The notes below the pieces were generated by a model. The model was not told the DNA's origin. It ran no database searches and was given only the letters and a program-made list of their open reading frames with translations. A stretch of 64,000 bases of DNA, from the NCBI GenBank assembly GCA_934140285.1, contig CAKPBI010000003.1, positions 4,130-68,129 on the forward strand, written 5' to 3'. The DNA is from an uncultured Bacilli bacterium (GTDB taxonomy: Bacteria > Bacillota_I > Bacilli_A > ML615J-28 > CAG-313). The position numbers and the translations under genes were made by a program. The stretch's first letter is position 1. The number at the start of each line of letters is the position of its first letter. This document shows, piece by piece, positions 63,396 through 64,000 of the stretch.

Positions 63396-64000
63396 ATGAT
63401 CGATATATTTAGAGGCTATGTAAGAACAAAAGATAAAAAGCCAATTCAAAAATTTAAAGGAATTGAAAATCTACCAACAATAGATGAAGTAAGTAAATAT
63501 AGTGAATATGCAGGTATTCTAAATAACGACTATACCGTAATGGATGTAGATGATGGAATTGAAGCAGAAAAAACTTATAAGCTAGTGTGTGATGAAAACA
63601 TTAATTGTAGAGTAATTAAAACCACTAGAGGAATGCATTTTGTATTTAAAAAAAATAAGTATGCAACAAAAGGAAATACTCATCAAATAAATGCACTAGG
63701 ATTTACATTTGATATTAGAACTGGAGAAAATCAATATATAGTTGTAAAAAAAGATGGTAAAAATAGAGAAATATTAAGAGACTTTGATGAAAGTAGAAAG
63801 ATAGACGAATATCCTAAAATATTTAAACCAATTATATCAGATGCAACGTTTACTGGTATGAAAAATGGAAGTGGTAGAAATGGGAAACTATTTAATCATT
63901 TGATAACCTTAACTAAAAACGGATTTACTAAAGAAGAATGTAAAGAAATCATAAAGCTGATTAATGTATATTCATTCGATGAACCTCTATCAGATTATGA
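63396..64000 (+). CDS. Prim-pol / phage-plasmid primase N-terminal domain protein (partial, continues beyond the window)
   Basis: Open frame from the ATG at 63396 (AAAGGAG 8 nt upstream) to the window end, not in the ORF track; VMDVDD and GMHFVFK motifs resemble the bifunctional primase/polymerase N-domain. Confidence 0.6.
   Translation, partial: MIDIFRGYVRTKDKKPIQKFKGIENLPTIDEVSKYSEYAGILNNDYTVMDVDDGIEAEKTYKLVCDENINCRVIKTTRGMHFVFKKNKYATKGNTHQINALGFTFDIRTGENQYIVVKKDGKNREILRDFDESRKIDEYPKIFKPIISDATFTGMKNGSGRNGKLFNHLITLTKNGFTKEECKEIIKLINVYSFDEPLSDY

Larger units (their letters stand above)
43494..64000 (+). mobile_element. Accessory genomic island (defence-like and secreted-protein cassettes plus a phage-type replication module); right end lies beyond the window
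   Basis: Gene content switches abruptly after the rRNA methyltransferase gene; visibly higher AT content; all ORFs on the + strand; phage hallmark genes from about 59.6 kb; no integrase within view. Confidence 0.6.

Noticed and set aside
1-64000. Scan for tRNA, rRNA, tmRNA, transposase inverted repeats and integrase genes
   Set aside because: I recognised no cloverleaf-like GTTCGAATC-type T-arm signatures, no rRNA-like conserved blocks and no DDE or tyrosine/serine recombinase motifs by eye. A tRNAscan/Infernal run would be needed to exclude small RNAs.

Overview
AT-rich (roughly 30% GC by eye, not computed) Bacillota-type chromosome segment using the standard code: TGA terminates at least two genes, and RF1 and RF2 are both encoded. 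Positions 1 to about 43.5 kb are a conserved housekeeping backbone with Bacillus-like synteny. It includes rpmI-rplT, leuS, hpf, secA-prfB, recX, an FMN riboswitch, rpsF-ssb-rpsR-gdpP-rplI-dnaB, prfA-(alr)-prmC, tsaC-spoIIR-rpiB, ytqA-mnmM, tex, acpP with a FabT-like regulator, a pdaA-like gene and a RumA-type rRNA methyltransferase. From about 43.5 kb to the end of the window there is a visibly more AT-rich accessory island in which every gene is on the + strand. In order it carries: (1) an orphan zinc-ribbon/HEPN protein; (2) an RRNPP/AimR-like HTH-TPR regulator followed by a strongly promoted small secreted protein; (3) a 1276-aa secreted trypsin-like protease with BspA-type LRRs (138-bp near-identical tandem repeats), flanked by two PrcB_C-like secreted proteins; (4) an apparent operon encoding an ImmA-like mini-metalloprotease, a DprA-like protein and a PRTase (ShosTA-like); (5) a type II restriction-modification cassette (HTH, SPPY methyltransferase, MutH/MvaI-like nuclease); (6) a 631-aa ImmA/IrrE peptidase with a C-terminal HTH; and (7) a phage-type replication module (DUF2800 nuclease, DUF2815, family A polymerase, prim-pol) that runs off the window. 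I recognised no rRNA, tRNA, CRISPR array, transposase or integrase. The backbone also has oddities: gdpP runs in frame into rplI with no stop codon, a RibU-glycerate kinase fusion sits behind the FMN riboswitch, and the FabT-like MarR regulator has a roughly 230-aa lysine/threonine-rich tail. All calls rest on motif recognition by eye and hand-counted coordinates; no database search or HMM was run.
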